NCBI RefSeq assembly: GCF_030144855.1
Contig: NC_082709.1
Coordinates: forward strand, 45,880,001 to 45,944,000
Source: Hypanus sabinus
Taxonomy: Eukaryota
DNA: 64,000 bases
Reading direction: 5' to 3'
Made by a program: the position numbers and the translations under genes. Every line of letters starts with the position of its first letter. Position 1 is the stretch's first letter. Below the pieces are notes generated by a model. It saw nothing but the letters and a program-made list of their open reading frames with translations. It did not search any database and had not been told where the DNA came from. This document shows positions 1 to 13,427 of this stretch, in pieces.

Positions 1-520
1 TTAGAAAGGATGTGCTGAAACTGGAGAGGGTTCAAAGGAGGTTTACCAAAATGATTCCAAGGTTAAACAGCTTGCCATATGAACAGCATTTGTTGGCTCA
101 GGGCCTGTATGCACTGGAATTCAGAAGAATGAAGGGTAACCTAATTGAAACCTATCAAATGATGAAAGGCCCTGATAGAGTGGACATTGAGAGGATGCTT
201 CCTATGGTGGGATAGTCTAAGTGTAGAGGACACAGCCTCAGAATAGAGGGATGTCCTTATAGAATGGAGATGAGGAGGAATTTCTTTAGCCAGCAAGTGG
301 TGAATCTGTGGCATTCTTTGCCACAAGCTGCTATGGAGGCCAAGCCTTTATGTATATTTAAGGTAGAGGTTGATAGATTTTTGATTGGTCAGGGCATGAA
401 GGGAAATGGGGAGAAGACAGGAGGTTGGGGCTGAGAGGAAAACTGGATCAGTCATGATGAAATGGTGGAGCAGACTCGATGGGCCAAATGGCTTAATTCT
501 GTTCCTATATCTTATGGTCT
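1..520 (+). mobile_element. CR1 LINE, 3' end
   Basis: ORF 12-215 LERVQRRFTKMIP...GLYALEFRRMKGNLIE is the CR1 ORF2 C-terminal region; ends in the CR1 3'UTR and a (tcttatgg)-type tail. Confidence 0.9.
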
Positions 521-1007
521 TATAAAAACAATCCAAACAAGCAGCTTTGAATTTAAAAGTAAGAATCTTTTGTTCCAGTAAACATTATTTTGAACTGTCA
601 TTTGTTATTTGGACTTTAAGTCGTACCTTTGAGGAAAGGTCCTCCACGTCTGGGTTTGTTCTGTAAGAAAAATAGTCCTGTCCCAAAGACCAACTATGTA
701 AAGAATAGAGCTACTTTGCAGTTATCAAAGTGCTAGATGATTTTCACAGAAGTCCTGCTTTGTCAGTAGCCCCCTGATTGCATTTGAACCAAAATTCATA
801 ATTATGCCCCCTCCTCATGGTTTACTGGTGTGGTTAGAGGTTGAAATCACCTTGCTTTTACCCAGCCGTTTGCTCATTCAGCCTTAATAAAATCCTTTTT
901 CAAATATCACCGCTGGAATTTGTTATTATGAGTTGTTACGAATTATCAATGTCACTATTTTATTCAATTCATACTCAATTCTCTCCTGAGATTAGTTTAC
1001 ATGCCTG

Positions 1008-1315
1008 ACATAGAAGCAGAGTTAGGCCACTCAGCTCATCGAGTCTATTCCACCATTCCATCATGGCTGATTTATTATCTTTCTCAAGCCCTTTCTTGTG
1101 CCTTCTCCCAGTCACCTTTGACACCCCTAATACTCAAGAACCTATCAAAATGCACTCTAAATATACCCAGTGACTTGGTATCTGGCTAAAGAATTTCCTC
1201 CTCGTCTCTATTCTAAAGAGATGCCCTTCTATTCTGAAGCTGTGCCCTCTGGTCCTAGACTCCCTCAGTATAGGAAACATTCTCCCAATGTTCACTTTAT
1301 CTCGGCCTTTTAATA
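1008..1315 (-). mobile_element. CR1 LINE 3' fragment, inverted relative to 1-520
   Basis: Reverse complement aligns by eye with about 190-500 (gagggcacagcttcagaataga...gaggaaattctttagccag). Confidence 0.85.
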
Positions 1316-2084
1316 TGACATCTGGTCAAGATGCAAAATGAACACATTTAGTGTGGGTTTTTATTTATTTATTCTTACTATGTTAACCCACAGTTTGTAC
1401 ATTTTCTGAGATTTGGGTATTGATGGCAAGGCCAGCCTTTGAGGAGGCAGTGTTAAACCACCATCTTGAAAGGCTGGAGTCCATTCGATGAGAGTAGTCC
1501 CAAGTGTTTCTGGCTAAGGATTTCCAGGATTTAGACCCAGCAGCAATGAAAAGCTGTTGATATAGTGTACTTCTATAAGGACAGTGTGAAACTTTGAAGA
1601 GAATCGGCTGATGATGTTCCTCCCATGTGTCCACTGTCCTCGTCCTTCTAGATTCTGTGGAATTGGGAGATGCCAGAGGAGACTGGACAGGAACTCCATC
1701 AGCTGACAAGTATTCCATCGCTCTCCTGACTTGTCCTTTTAGGTTATGAAAAGGCCTTGAGAGTCACGAGGGGATTCACTCATGATGTAAACGTGATTAT
1801 ACTCTTTATGCTAGCCGTTACATTGTCCATGACCATTCATGACTTTGATCTTCAGTAGGATCTCTTGGTGGTGAAATCACTTGCTGTTTTTGCTGATTAA
1901 TATGCATGTAGTTCTGTGTTGCAGCTTCAGTAGGGTGGCATCTCATATGTTTAAAGTACCTGTGGGACTGCCCCTGGTATGTTCTTCTGCACATCTCATT
2001 TAGCCAGGGTCAATCATTAGTCTGATAGTCATAATGGAGGGAGACATGCAATGGGCAATGAGGTTACTGATTGCTGATCATCTA

Positions 2085-2150
2085 CAGTACTGTGCAAAAG
2101 TCTTCAGCACATATATACAGATAGTGTGCCTAAGACTATTGCACAGTATG
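2085..2150. mobile_element. Tc1/mariner-type miniature inverted-repeat element
   Basis: TA followed by cagtactgtgcaaaagtcttcagcac ... gtgcctaagactattgcacagtatg: imperfect ~26-bp terminal inverted repeats around a ~15-bp core. Confidence 0.7.
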
Positions 2151-4686
2151 ATATATGTCAATGTAGAGCAGAAAGTGAGCTTGTAAATCTGGTGGGACTA
2201 AGGAATTTTGGAAATGGTGAGGGTGGAGCACCATGGAAGGGGTGCGGGACAGATTTCAGAGAAGGTGTGCCTGGAGCAGAAGGTGGTGTGGGTGCAGACA
2301 CACTCAGCCCGTGACCAGGCAAGGCCATTTGATTCCAAACAATTGGTTTATTGATCATTACAGAATGTCTCTCTGGTGCTTCCTGCTCCCTCCCCTCTCC
2401 CTTCCTCTTCTTCCAACCATGATTCCCCTCTCCCTGTCCTCTTCCCGAACTCAGTCCACAATAGAGACTCATATCAGAATCAGGTTTATCATCATAGAGT
2501 TACAGCGTCATAGAAAAATTACCTGTGACTTTTTATCATGTGACCTTTGGCAGCAGGGGTAACCTAGATTTTGTTTTCACATATTTGCTGTCCATTTGTG
2601 TAAAAAATCCACATTAAGCAAATGATTTATTTGATACTGCCGATGCCACTCAGAGTCTTCTTGTTGGTGCAGAGGATAAGTGGAAAACTGGCCTTGTTCT
2701 TTATCATCGGGGCCAGGAAAATGGAGCACAGTTAAAACAAAAAGTGGCAGCAAAAGAGTTAGTGTGCAAGCCTTTCACAATAGATGGAAAATATTGGCGG
2801 GGGGAAGGGGGAGACTGGATCTTCAAGGGCCAGATGACTAAGGCTAACTAGCACATCAGTCACTGTAGTTACTTCAGAGGAAAAGCTCCATTTGGATGCT
2901 CCAAATTCATTCCAAAATGTTAACTATATGTCAAACTACCTTGTCAAATAATAATGCTTGGGTGCACTTTAGCAATCTGCTTGCTTGGCTGACTTGCCGG
3001 TTTAATGGATGCTTGTGGACTGTATTATAAATTATGTGAATGCGTGGCCAATAAGCTATTGAGATCCCACATTTATACCTGACCATCTTCTGACTGCATC
3101 ATTTACCCTTTGGAAAAAATAAATGCCAAATTCAACTCTTTTGCATATGCAATGAAGAAGGGAATGAAATTAGAAGAATTTCCTTACAACCCTGAAGAAC
3201 GTGGTTCCTCAGACTCATTATGCACTAAAGTTCATCCACAATTCATATTGTATGCAAGAATTAGAGCTAACAGGCATGGCTTGAGCCCAGTGAGTCGTTT
3301 CTGTGTGATGATTTGCATGCAACTGTTCACTCCCCGTTCAGCTTTTTTTTACACATAGCTGCAGTTCAACTAGGAATTCTCTTCGCTACTTGAACCAGTC
3401 GGTTTTTCGGTTAATGTTGTGTTTAAACTGAGCTGACCCTTTTACTCCTGCTGGGTTTTGTAAACCGTGGTGACAGGAATCTCTGGTATCCGCAGAATGC
3501 AGAAGTCTCATTAAGACTTGCCAAGGTTAAGAAAAATCAACAGTAAAGATAGCAGAGCGAGGTTGGAAGGACACAGATGGCTTTCAGGAGCGGTTACACA
3601 TGCGGATTCAGAAAAATCCTGGATATCTGTTTTCCCAATGTTTCCTTCCTCTCTGTTGCAGTCTGGAATGATTCTTTTCTCTGGCTACCTGGGATCAGTA
3701 TACATTTGAACGGGAGACCAGGGTGAGCTTGAGTCCGCCTTCGAATGCCACGCATTCTCAGACCAAGGGATCAGATAAATAGATGGAGGAATGAAATGCA
3801 ACAGGTGACTGTCTAAGAATGGAAGGTCAAGAACTTGAGTGAATGGAATGTGCCACAAAGCCTTCTGACTTCAAAGTCAAAGAAGATGTATTAGTAAATT
3901 ACATACAGCATACGTCACCATATACTACCTTGAGATTGATTTTCTGGCAGATACTTACAGGGAAACAAAGAAATACAATAGAATTTATGAAACCACTATA
4001 CATAAATAAAGGCTGGCAAATAACTAACATGCAAAAGAAGACAAATTGTGCAAATTGTGTTGGACCCAACATCTCAGCAGTAATTCATTGCAGATGAAGA
4101 AATAAACTCTTACTGATGCAACGCTCCTTCTGTAATCAGTGCTCACGGGAGCCCCAGGCCAAAGATCTGGATGTGAAGGGCCAACTCCTCCCCAGAATTC
4201 CGGTGGCATGGAATGAGCAACAGCTGGAAGGTCCTGGCCAGCTTTATCAGCTGCAAATACTGTGAGGAACTTTTTGCAGTTTGTACTTTGCTCTGACATA
4301 CAGAAACTGTTGAAGTTGAAGAAAATAAATGTAAAAAGTACTTACAAATCAAAATGAGTATTGTCACAAATATCCATAAATAAAATGCTAAACCAAATCA
4401 AATATTGATTTAAAATAATAGGTAATTTGCCTTCTTGTTTGTCTCTGTCAGCTACAATTGCCAGCATGCTTGGTGGGGATTAAGGTTCTGCTCCAATGTG
4501 TCAGGTCTGACTTGATTCTCCATGAGATTTGGCTCTATCACCAAACATAATAATGTAGATACGATGCTTTCTAAGTTGCATTGATAAAAATTAATGTAGG
4601 TCAAATGGTCATGCCAAATTTATATAGCCTCCTGAGGAAGTAAAGGTGTTTGAAATATTTTAGAAATGCAAGCATTTGTCTGGACT

Positions 4687-5016
4687 TGTCGAGGAGGATG
4701 CCAGGCTTTTAAAGGTAGGCACTTCCAAGTCTCCACCTAGCTAACAGGAGTCACTTGCCACTTGTTTCCAATTCATCTCCTGCAGCCTATTTAAACCCAG
4801 CTCTCATCCACAATCTTTGTTCATTCATCCAAACCAGCTAACTTCAACCAGCCACTCATAGCCTTCTGTTACTTTTTGTGTGCGGCGTCAGTTCTTCCTT
4901 GCTCTGCAACATCCTCATGGCTCGTTATTTTGCAGTTTATCATTAAAGTGATCACTCCCCCCCAAATCATCTCCACTGCTTTAGGTTTGGGTCAAGCCTC
5001 CTTTACAGTTCCTGAC
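4687..5016 (+). mobile_element. Possible solo LTR
   Basis: TGTC...GACA ends, internal TATTTAAA (~4788) and ATTAAA (~4942); no clean TSD found. Confidence 0.4.
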
Positions 5017-8000
5017 AGAGGAAGTACAAACTAATTAGTCTCAGTCTGTATGTGTGTGTCTGGACAATCTTCTCAATACCATTATCTGGGCTCAGATATC
5101 CGAAACAACCTCCTCAACAAGGTACTGCAAATAGGCATCCTTTACCTGTCTATCATCAAAACCAGTAAAGCTATGTTAGTATCAGGATAGTGTTTTGCCA
5201 CCTGTTCTCAATTTAATATATAACAAGGCTTCAGCCAACAAACATAAGGGCTGGTATTTGGTGTTGCCTGTCTAGTAAAATGCTCCATCAGCCACAAGGA
5301 ATCTGTGGACCAGGGTATTGTTATTACACATCGTAGTGCCTTAGTCCCTTCTCAGGTATCTCTCCGATTCCACTGCCAACCTGTCAGTTCTCATCTCAAA
5401 CTGTGCCTCTTGATTGTCCAAGCCCTCTTCAAATATTCAGTTCAGGCTTCCATGACATCATTGAGGTCTGACTGCCAGTTTATCCAGATGTCTCCTGGGC
5501 AAGCCAGTGTGGCTTCCTTGCCAGCTCAGCTGGACAGGAGGAGGTTTTGAGGCCAGGAGAGGCCCAAAAAGGTGAGCACAGCTATTTCCATTTTAGTTTC
5601 CTTCTGGCTTGCACAGGATCGAGTTTATCCTAGGAGCCTCCCACAAGCAAACTGCCTGACCCTGCTTTACTTCTATCTCCATTGGCTGTCTTCTCAACTG
5701 TAAAGTGAATAAAGTCACTCAGAGATTTACAGATATTAATGTTGTACTCCATGACTGAAATAAATCTGTACCAGATGTCTGGCTGTGGCAAGAGGTTAAA
5801 TGTAGTCTATTGGTTTAGAAATAAAATGAAATTACTTTTGCTGGACAAGATATTGAACAGCATTCTCAATAAACCACTGTGAATTCTCTTGCCAGATTTT
5901 AAAATTATGAATTCATTATTTTTGGATCTGTTTTGAGAAGGAATCTTGTTTTCAGTCCAAAACAAGATTTCACCAATCTCAAATCCTTTACCACATGGAA
6001 ATATGTGCTAAATTGTTACTGCTGGGAGAGGGGGTGGTGAGTCTGCATCGATCGATTCATTCCACAGGGGAATGATTTTCATTACGGCGCATTGTGTTTA
6101 TCTTTCTACATGTCTGCTATTTCTGACTTTCTTAACGCTATGCAGCCATTAATAAAGTAGTGCTATTGGACTTCAAGTCTGGAGATTCTAAAATGGTGAT
6201 ACTTACAGTTGGGAATGGCAGGCTGGCTTCAGGAAGAGTACTGGACCTAGCTTCTCGGGATCCATGACAGCAAAAGTGCAGGCAAAGAAAGAGGTTGTAA
6301 AGACTCAGGGGCACCCCTAAAAATATAAATATTTGGTCTATCATTACCACTATGCTTCTATCATTTAAGTTTGGTGTAATTGATTCATCAATAAAGTTGC
6401 AAATAATGATATATACCTTTAATTATCTTAGGAACAGGTTTCCTTCTTCCATTGGATCTTGATTTATGGTGTGTAACCTAAACTTTTCCTTCACAGAATA
6501 TGCATGTTTCAATTTAGCTGCAGCATCCAATATGCATTATACAGGTACTGAAATTAATGCTGCATACCAAAAGCAAAGGATGATGGGATTGTCTGGACAA
6601 CATCAGTGGTGGTGGGGGTGAAACAAAATAATGACTCCTCAACAGAACTGGAAAAGGGAGAAGGCAAGCGTGGTTTGAGGTGCAGAGATAGGGGCAGGTG
6701 GAGACAACAATTGGCTTATTGTCACATGTACCAAGTTACCATGAAAAGCTGTGTTTTTCGTGCCATTTAGAAAGATCATTCTAAACATCAAGACATCAAA
6801 GTGGTATGAAAGGAAAAGCAGCAGCAGAATGCAGAGGACACTGTACCAGTTACAGTGCAGTGCAGGTGAACAAATAATGCACAAGAGCCATGACAAAGTC
6901 AGTAGAGAGATTAAAAGCTCACTGTTTTCATCCAAGAAATCCATTCAAGGGTCTACTAACAGTGGGTAGAAATTGTCCATAAGATGTATGTTTTCAAGGT
7001 TATTTTATCTATTCTCCAGTGGAGTGGGGGGGGGGGTGGAAAAGTGGGTCTTTAACCTAAGTTAGTTGTTCCCTCGGGATCAATAAAGTATGTCTGTCTT
7101 GAGAGCAGGAAATGTAGACAGAATTGGTGGAACAGGAAAGACTGAGTTGTGTTCACAATTACACAATTTCTTGTGGTCTTGGGCAATTCAGACTAAACTG
7201 AAAAGTGCAGTGATATTAATTGTAGCAAAATGAAAATCTAAAATGAATAGCTGATGTTGTATATTGTCATGTGCATAGTTTGAATATGATCCAAAGGTTT
7301 AATATGCACAAGGTATATTTTCAAGTCCTAATTGTATTTTGTGCTTCCACTCAAACCAGTTGCACACTGAAATTATGTGCAAAGCCATTGAATTTCCAGA
7401 TTAGCATTCCCTTGGGTTGTAAATCCATTTCATTTGAACATAAACCAGAAAAAGTGCCAAGAACATTTTGTGCTGAAATGTCAAGCTGTAAATTGGCCAA
7501 AGGATTTCCTGATTTTCTGCCTGTAGAAATCAAAGGCAAAGTTTATCTGTGTCTGGGGAAACAGTCTTCCAACTTTTAGATCTACCTCAGGATCATTTAA
7601 GGTCAATGATTTTTCCAATTTATTGCTACAGCTTTACCTTTTTCACCTTTAAATTAGTGCAGGTGGGTATTTTTATGATGTACCTTTTCATTCTCCAAGA
7701 GACAATGTACTCTACAATATTTATGGAGATTGAAACTGAAGATTATACTAAAGAAAGCAAAGAGGAAGGTCAAAGAGCTTTTTTAGATCTTGTATTGTGA
7801 TCTGGAGTTATCTATGGTAAACAGTGGCGAAAACAGAAGCCACACAGCTTTAAAAATTCAAATAGCTTCTTCTCATAAAGGAATATAATATTTTCAGAGC
7901 ATTAATGAATAGAAAGTTTCAAAGAATACCGGAAGTTGTAGATTTATGGTTATAATTCAAAAACAGAACCAGAATCAGGTTTAATATCATCAGCATATGT

Positions 8001-8879
8001 TGTGAAATTTGTTAACTTTACGGCAGCAGTACAACGAAATACAAGATAAATAAATATAGGGAAACCTCTGAATTACATTAAATATTTATATATATGTCTA
8101 TTAAATAGTTTACTTAAAATGATAGTGCAAAAAAAAATAAATAAAAAAGTAGTGCAGCATTGTTCATGGATTTAATGTCAATTTAGAAATCGGATGACAG
8201 AGAAGAAGAAGCTGTTCCTGAATCGCTCAGTGTGTGCCTTCAGAGTTCTGCATTTCCTTCCCGATGGTAACCATGAGATGAGGGCATGTCCTGGGTGGTG
8301 GGGATCCTTAATTCTTGTTATATTCTGGTGTTTAAATGGAATGAAAATAATAAGGAAAGCTAGCTCTGAACTTCTATTACTGGCTGCAGGAAATGATGCA
8401 GGAAAGCAGAGTTCTCCCTTACAGATACATCATCAATGGGTCCTTTCAGTCAGTTTAGTTTGGCAAATTCAGTGAAACCTTCTGCCTTCTACAGCTATGA
8501 TGCATTCCTAGAGCAGGGTGGAGATTGTAATCCTCTGCACAGAACAGTTACTCCCAGATACGTACGCAAGGGTAGACAATGACCACAGTCCTGTGCAACG
8601 TGTCTCTTTGCTTTCCAGCTGCTGCTGGTGATATTTGCAAACTGCTGGCTTTGCTGTTTGCTATTGTGCAAAGGAAGTCGCTGACACTGTCCATTCAAAG
8701 AGAGCGAACAAGATTTAATTCCGGCGTAACACTGCACTTAATGACATTTAATTCTCCTTCAGATGTGTGCGCACATGTCCCAGAGATTGTAGAGAGTCAC
8801 TAGCTTTTATATACACATCACGTTGTGAGGTCTGAAGTAAATTCTACAAACTTTCTCTGCTGGCGATCTTCCAACTAGT

Positions 8880-9607
8880 GCTGAGATGCCATCACCCTGA
8901 ACATGGATACAGGTTGGGAAGGAGTGGAGCCGGGAGCTGAGGTGCCATCACCCTGAACATGGATACAGGTGGGGAAGGAGTGGAGCCGGGAGCTGAGGTG
9001 CCATCACCCTGAACATGGATACAGGTGGGGAAGGAGTGGAGCCGGGAGCTGAGGTGCCATCACCCTGAACATGGATACAGGTGGGGAAGGAGTGGAGCCG
9101 GGAGCTGAGATGCCATCACCCTGAACATGGATACAGGTGGGGAAGGAGTGGAGCCGGGAGCTGAGATGCCATCACCATGAACATGGATACAGGTGGGGAA
9201 GGAGTGGAGCCGGGAGCTGAGATGCCATCACCCTGAACATGGATACAGGTGGGGAAGGAGTGGAGCCGGGAGCTGAGGTGCCATCACCCTGAACATGGAT
9301 ACAGGTGGGGAAGGAGTGGAGCCGGGAGCTGAGCTGCCATCACCCTGAACATGGATACAGGTTGGGAAGGAGTGGAGCCGGGAGCTGAGGTGCCATCACC
9401 CTGAACATGGATACAGGTGGGGAAGGAGTGGAGCCGGGAGCTGAGATGCCATCACCCTGAACATGGATACAGGTGGGGAAGGAGTGGAGCCGGGAGCTGA
9501 GATGCCATCACCCTGAACATGGATACAGGTGGGGAAGGAGTGGAGCCGGGAGCTGAGGTGCCATCACCCTGAACATGGATACAGGTGGGGAAGGAGTGGA
9601 GCCAGGA
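8880..9607 (+). repeat. Minisatellite, 13 tandem copies of a 56-bp unit
   Basis: Unit gctgag(a/g/c)tgccatcaccctgaacatggatacaggt(g/t)gggaaggagtggagccggga; units start at 8880, 8936 ... 9552 with exact 56-bp period and no spacers. Confidence 0.98.
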
Positions 9608-9669
9608 GACAGAGATTAAAGACAGATGGAGCTAGGACAAGAGGGAAGGGTGAAGCTGAAGACCGAGCT

Positions 9670-12600
9670 TTGACCAGCGACCAATCTGGACATCAGAAGT
9701 TTGAGAGGAGGGGATTTCAATCCACTGCCCAAGTAGAACAAGGCAGCAGCTGATCACGGCAGCATAATTGAGAATTGATCAGTGACCAATCTGTGTTTGG
9801 GATTGATTAGCAAGAGCAAATTAAAGGAAGGCAAAGGCAAGCACAGCAGCCATCATCTGAGTAGACAGAGTCAGAGTGGTGGTCTTGAGGATTTAGCTCA
9901 TTGAGACTCCCACGAAGGGAGGCTTCAGTCAGAGAAAGCAAAGGGAAGAAAAGCTCTAGGTTAAGTTATTTTTTCTTTCCCTACTTTATATCTGCTCAAC
10001 TAGGACAATAGAGATATCAGGCAGTATAGTTGAATGCTCCTCTTGCGGGATGTGGGAAGGCAGGGTGACTTCCAGTGTTCCTGACGACTACAGCTGCGAG
10101 AGTTGCATATGGCTGCAGCTTCTAACAATCCATGTTAAGCTGAAGCTGGAACTGGGTGAACTATGAATCATTCAGGAGGCTGAGGGGATGATAGATAGGA
10201 CATATAGAAAGGTAGTTACATCTAAAGTGCAGGACACAGGAAACTGGTTGACAATCAGGAAGGGGAAACAGATTAAGGAGCCAGTGCAGAGTACCCCTGC
10301 GGCTATTGCCCCTCAATAATAGGTATACCACTTTGGATACTGTCGGGGGTGGGGATGGGAATGACCTAACGCAGGAAAGTCACAGTGGTTAGGTCTCTAG
10401 CACTGAGTCTCCCTCTGTGACCCAGATGGGAAGGTGGGGAGATGAGACAAACTGTGGCGATAGGCAATTTGTTAATTAGAGGAATGGACAGGTGGTTCTG
10501 TGGGCAAGAACAAGACTCCTGGATGGTATGTTGCCTCCCAGGTGCCAGGGTCTGGGAGATCTTGGATCGAGTCCTCAGCATTCTTAAGTGGGAGGGTGAG
10601 CAACCAGAAATCACAGTCCATGTAGGTACCAATGACATGGGTAGGATGAGTGATGAGGTTCTGCATAGGGAGTTAGGTGCTAAGTTAAAGAGCCAAACCT
10701 CCAATATATCAAGGAAGGCTGAATACAAAACAGCAGTGAGGCATTGCTATGCTCTGTTCAAGTCTTGACAAGCATTATGTCGACAAGTATGGAGTGAAAT
10801 ACTACCACGATTAAATAATAATCACCTGACACGTGCAAATTCACAAGCGCAATTGCCGTATCTACTACACGGCGAATCTGTGGTTGTGACATTTTGCGTT
10901 CTTTACCACAGATTCAACCTGTAAGTTAACCTACTGGGAGTCTTACGCAAGGATCCCTAAGTCCCTCTGCACCTCTGATGTTTGAATTTTCTTCCCCTTT
11001 AGATAATGATCTGCACTTTTGTTCCTTTTACCAAAATGCATTTTGTTTGTGTCCAGTAGGTCATGTCTAACCAATCTTATAGAGATTTTCGAGGAAATTA
11101 CCAGGAAAGTAGATGTAGGCAAGGCAGTAGATATTGTCTACGTGGACGTTAGTAAGGCATTTGGCAAGATCCCGCAGGGGAAGCTGGTCATGAAGGTTCA
11201 GTCGCTTGGCATTCAGGATGAGGTAGTAAATTGGATTAGACATTGACTTTCTAGGAGAAGCCAGAGGGTGATAGGAGAGGGTTGCCTCTGACTGGAGGCC
11301 TGTGACTAGTGGTGTGCCACAGGGATCAGTGCTGGCTGCTTTGTTGTTTGTCATCTATATCAATGATCTGGATGATAATGTGGTTAACTGGATCAGCAAA
11401 TTTGTGGATGGTACCCAGATTGGGTGTCTAATGGACAGTGAGGAAGGCTGTCATGGTTTGCAGAGGGATCTGCGTCAGCTGGAAAAATAGGCAGTGAAAT
11501 AGCAGATGAAATTTAATGTGGACAAGTGTGAGGTTTTACACTTTGGTAGGCCCAACCATGGTAAGTCTTACACAGTGAACGGTCAGGCACTGAGGAGTGC
11601 GGTAGACCAAAGAGATGTGGAAATACAGGTCCATAAGTCTTTCAAAGCGGCATCACGGGTAGATAGAATTATACAGAAAGCTTTTGGCACATTGGCCTTC
11701 ACAAATCAAAGTACTGAGTACAGGAGAAGGGATGTTATGTCGAAGTTGTACAAGACGTTGGTGTGGCCTAATTTGGAGTATTGTGTGCAGTTTTGGGTCA
11801 CCTACCTATAGGAAAGATGTAAACAAGATTAAAAGTGTGCAGAGAAGATTTACAAAGGTATTGCTGGGACTGGTTTCAAGGGTACATTTAATGACAGAGA
11901 AAAGTATTCAATATACATCCTGAAATGCTTGTTCTTCGTGACCATCCACTAAAACAGAGGCGTGTCCCTAAAGAATGAATGACAGTTAAATGTTAAAACC
12001 CTGAAGTCTCCCCCAGCTCCCCTCCCTCTCGCATGCAAGCACCAATCTCCCCTACCCCTACCGGCAAAAAAAAGCATCGACACCAACCACCAAGCACTCA
12101 ACCGAGAGCAAGGCAACGACAAAGACACAGTCTTGCAGTACCCCAAAGACTACATTGTTCACCCGGCATTTGACATACCACAGGCTCTCTCTCCCTAATA
12201 AGGGAGAAAGAGGTGTCTCCGTTTCACAGTGAGAGGGGAGACATAACAAACAACTTGCTGGTCTACGATCTTAAACGTCCATTGTGTTGCTTTTTCCAAG
12301 CTCTGTGCCCAAAGATCTCAGGTCTCTGGGCTCACAGCCTTAGATCTTCCATCTCCTTTGAAACACCGATCTTCTCCTTGGACTCCGACTTCCGCTCCCA
12401 CCCCCCACCCCCTCCCCCGGTCCTCCAAAGGCAAGTGGATCTCTTAGGCCAAGCACTTGGCATGTCGAATAGCGGTCAGTTATGAAACCCTGTGAGTAGG
12501 TCCCCTTCCCGCAAAGAACCGTAGTCAGCATGTAACTCCAGGTCAGGATCTTCAAAAGAATACTGAAAGGGAAAAATATTAAAGATGGAAATAGAGCCAT

Positions 12601-13105
12601 TTCCAAAGATGCAAGCAAAGGAGTCGCCGTTAGGCACCATTAATCCTTCTAAGTTCCACCTTCATGTAGGAGGACCTGAGTTATAAGGAAAGATTGAATA
12701 GATTAGGACAGTGTTCTTTAGAACATAGAAAATTGAGAGGAGATTTGATAGAAGTATACAAAATTATGAGGGATATAGATAGGATAAATGCAATCAAGCT
12801 TTTACCACTGAGGCTTGATGGGACTACAGCCAGAGGTCATGGGTTAATGGTGAAAGGTGAGAACTTTGGAGAAACTTCTTCATTAAAGATCATGAAAGTG
12901 TGGAACAAGCTGCCAACACAAGTGGAGCACGTAAGCTCGATTCCAATGTTTAACAGAAGTTTAGATAGGTATATGGAGAGTAGGGATATGGAAGGCTATG
13001 GTCCCAGCACAGGTCGATAGTATCTGCCAGTTTAAATGGTTTCAGCATGGACTGGGTGGTTCAAAGGGTCTGCTTCCGTGTTTATTTTTCTGTGCCTCTA
13101 TGTCT
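9670..13105 (+). mobile_element. Degenerate, internally deleted CR1 LINE (5'UTR, ORF1 zinc finger and esterase, RT and 3' end), interrupted at ~11873-12665
   Basis: ECSSCGMWE zinc-finger remnant (~10030), VCCLPGARV...VHVGTND esterase (ORF 10442), SGVPQGSVL and YINDLD RT motifs (ORF 11302), CR1 3'UTR near 13100. Confidence 0.9.
11873..12665 (-). mobile_element. Non-coding interspersed repeat with a Rex1-like 3' tail, inserted in CR1 ORF2
   Basis: Host reads gggactg|...|gaggacctgag across it; the left end (ttcaagggtacatttaatgacagag) resembles the tails at ~24305 and ~33030. Family assignment is inference. Confidence 0.55.
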
Positions 13106-13129
13106 CAGAATGATAATAAAAAGTACTAA

Positions 13130-13425
13130 GGCAGGAGGCACTAGATGGGGAGAGGATCTTGTAGGTGAAATGGGTGGGTAGTAGATGGATGAACTATGAG
13201 GGGGAGGATTATGAAAAAGAGTGGTGGGGCCGGTGGCTTGGGGATATGTGAAAGGAAATAAAAATGGGAGGACCAGGAGTGTATCAGGAGAGAGAGAGGG
13301 AGAGGAACACAGGAACTTGGGGTTATTGGAAATTCAATGTTCATACCATTTGATTGTAGACTATCTAGGCAGAATATGAGGTGTGGTACCTCTAGTTTGC
13401 CTTGGGCCTTACTGTGGCAGTGGAA
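13130..13425 (-). mobile_element. Penelope-like element fragment (end of GIY-YIG plus 3'UTR)
   Basis: Minus strand encodes ...HLIFCLDSLQSNGMNIEFP, homologous to the end of ORF 38542-38835. Confidence 0.75.
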
Positions 13426-13427
13426 AA

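Noticed and set aside
7700-7768. Exon-like purine-rich stretch (ETMYSTIFMEIETEDYTKESKEE)
   Set aside because: Weak donor (gtcaaa) and no resemblance to the expected upstream SPATS2L exon.
8880-9607. CRISPR array or coding repeat
   Set aside because: Units are contiguous with no unique spacers and no cas genes; the 56-bp period is not a multiple of 3 and the units contain TGA stops.
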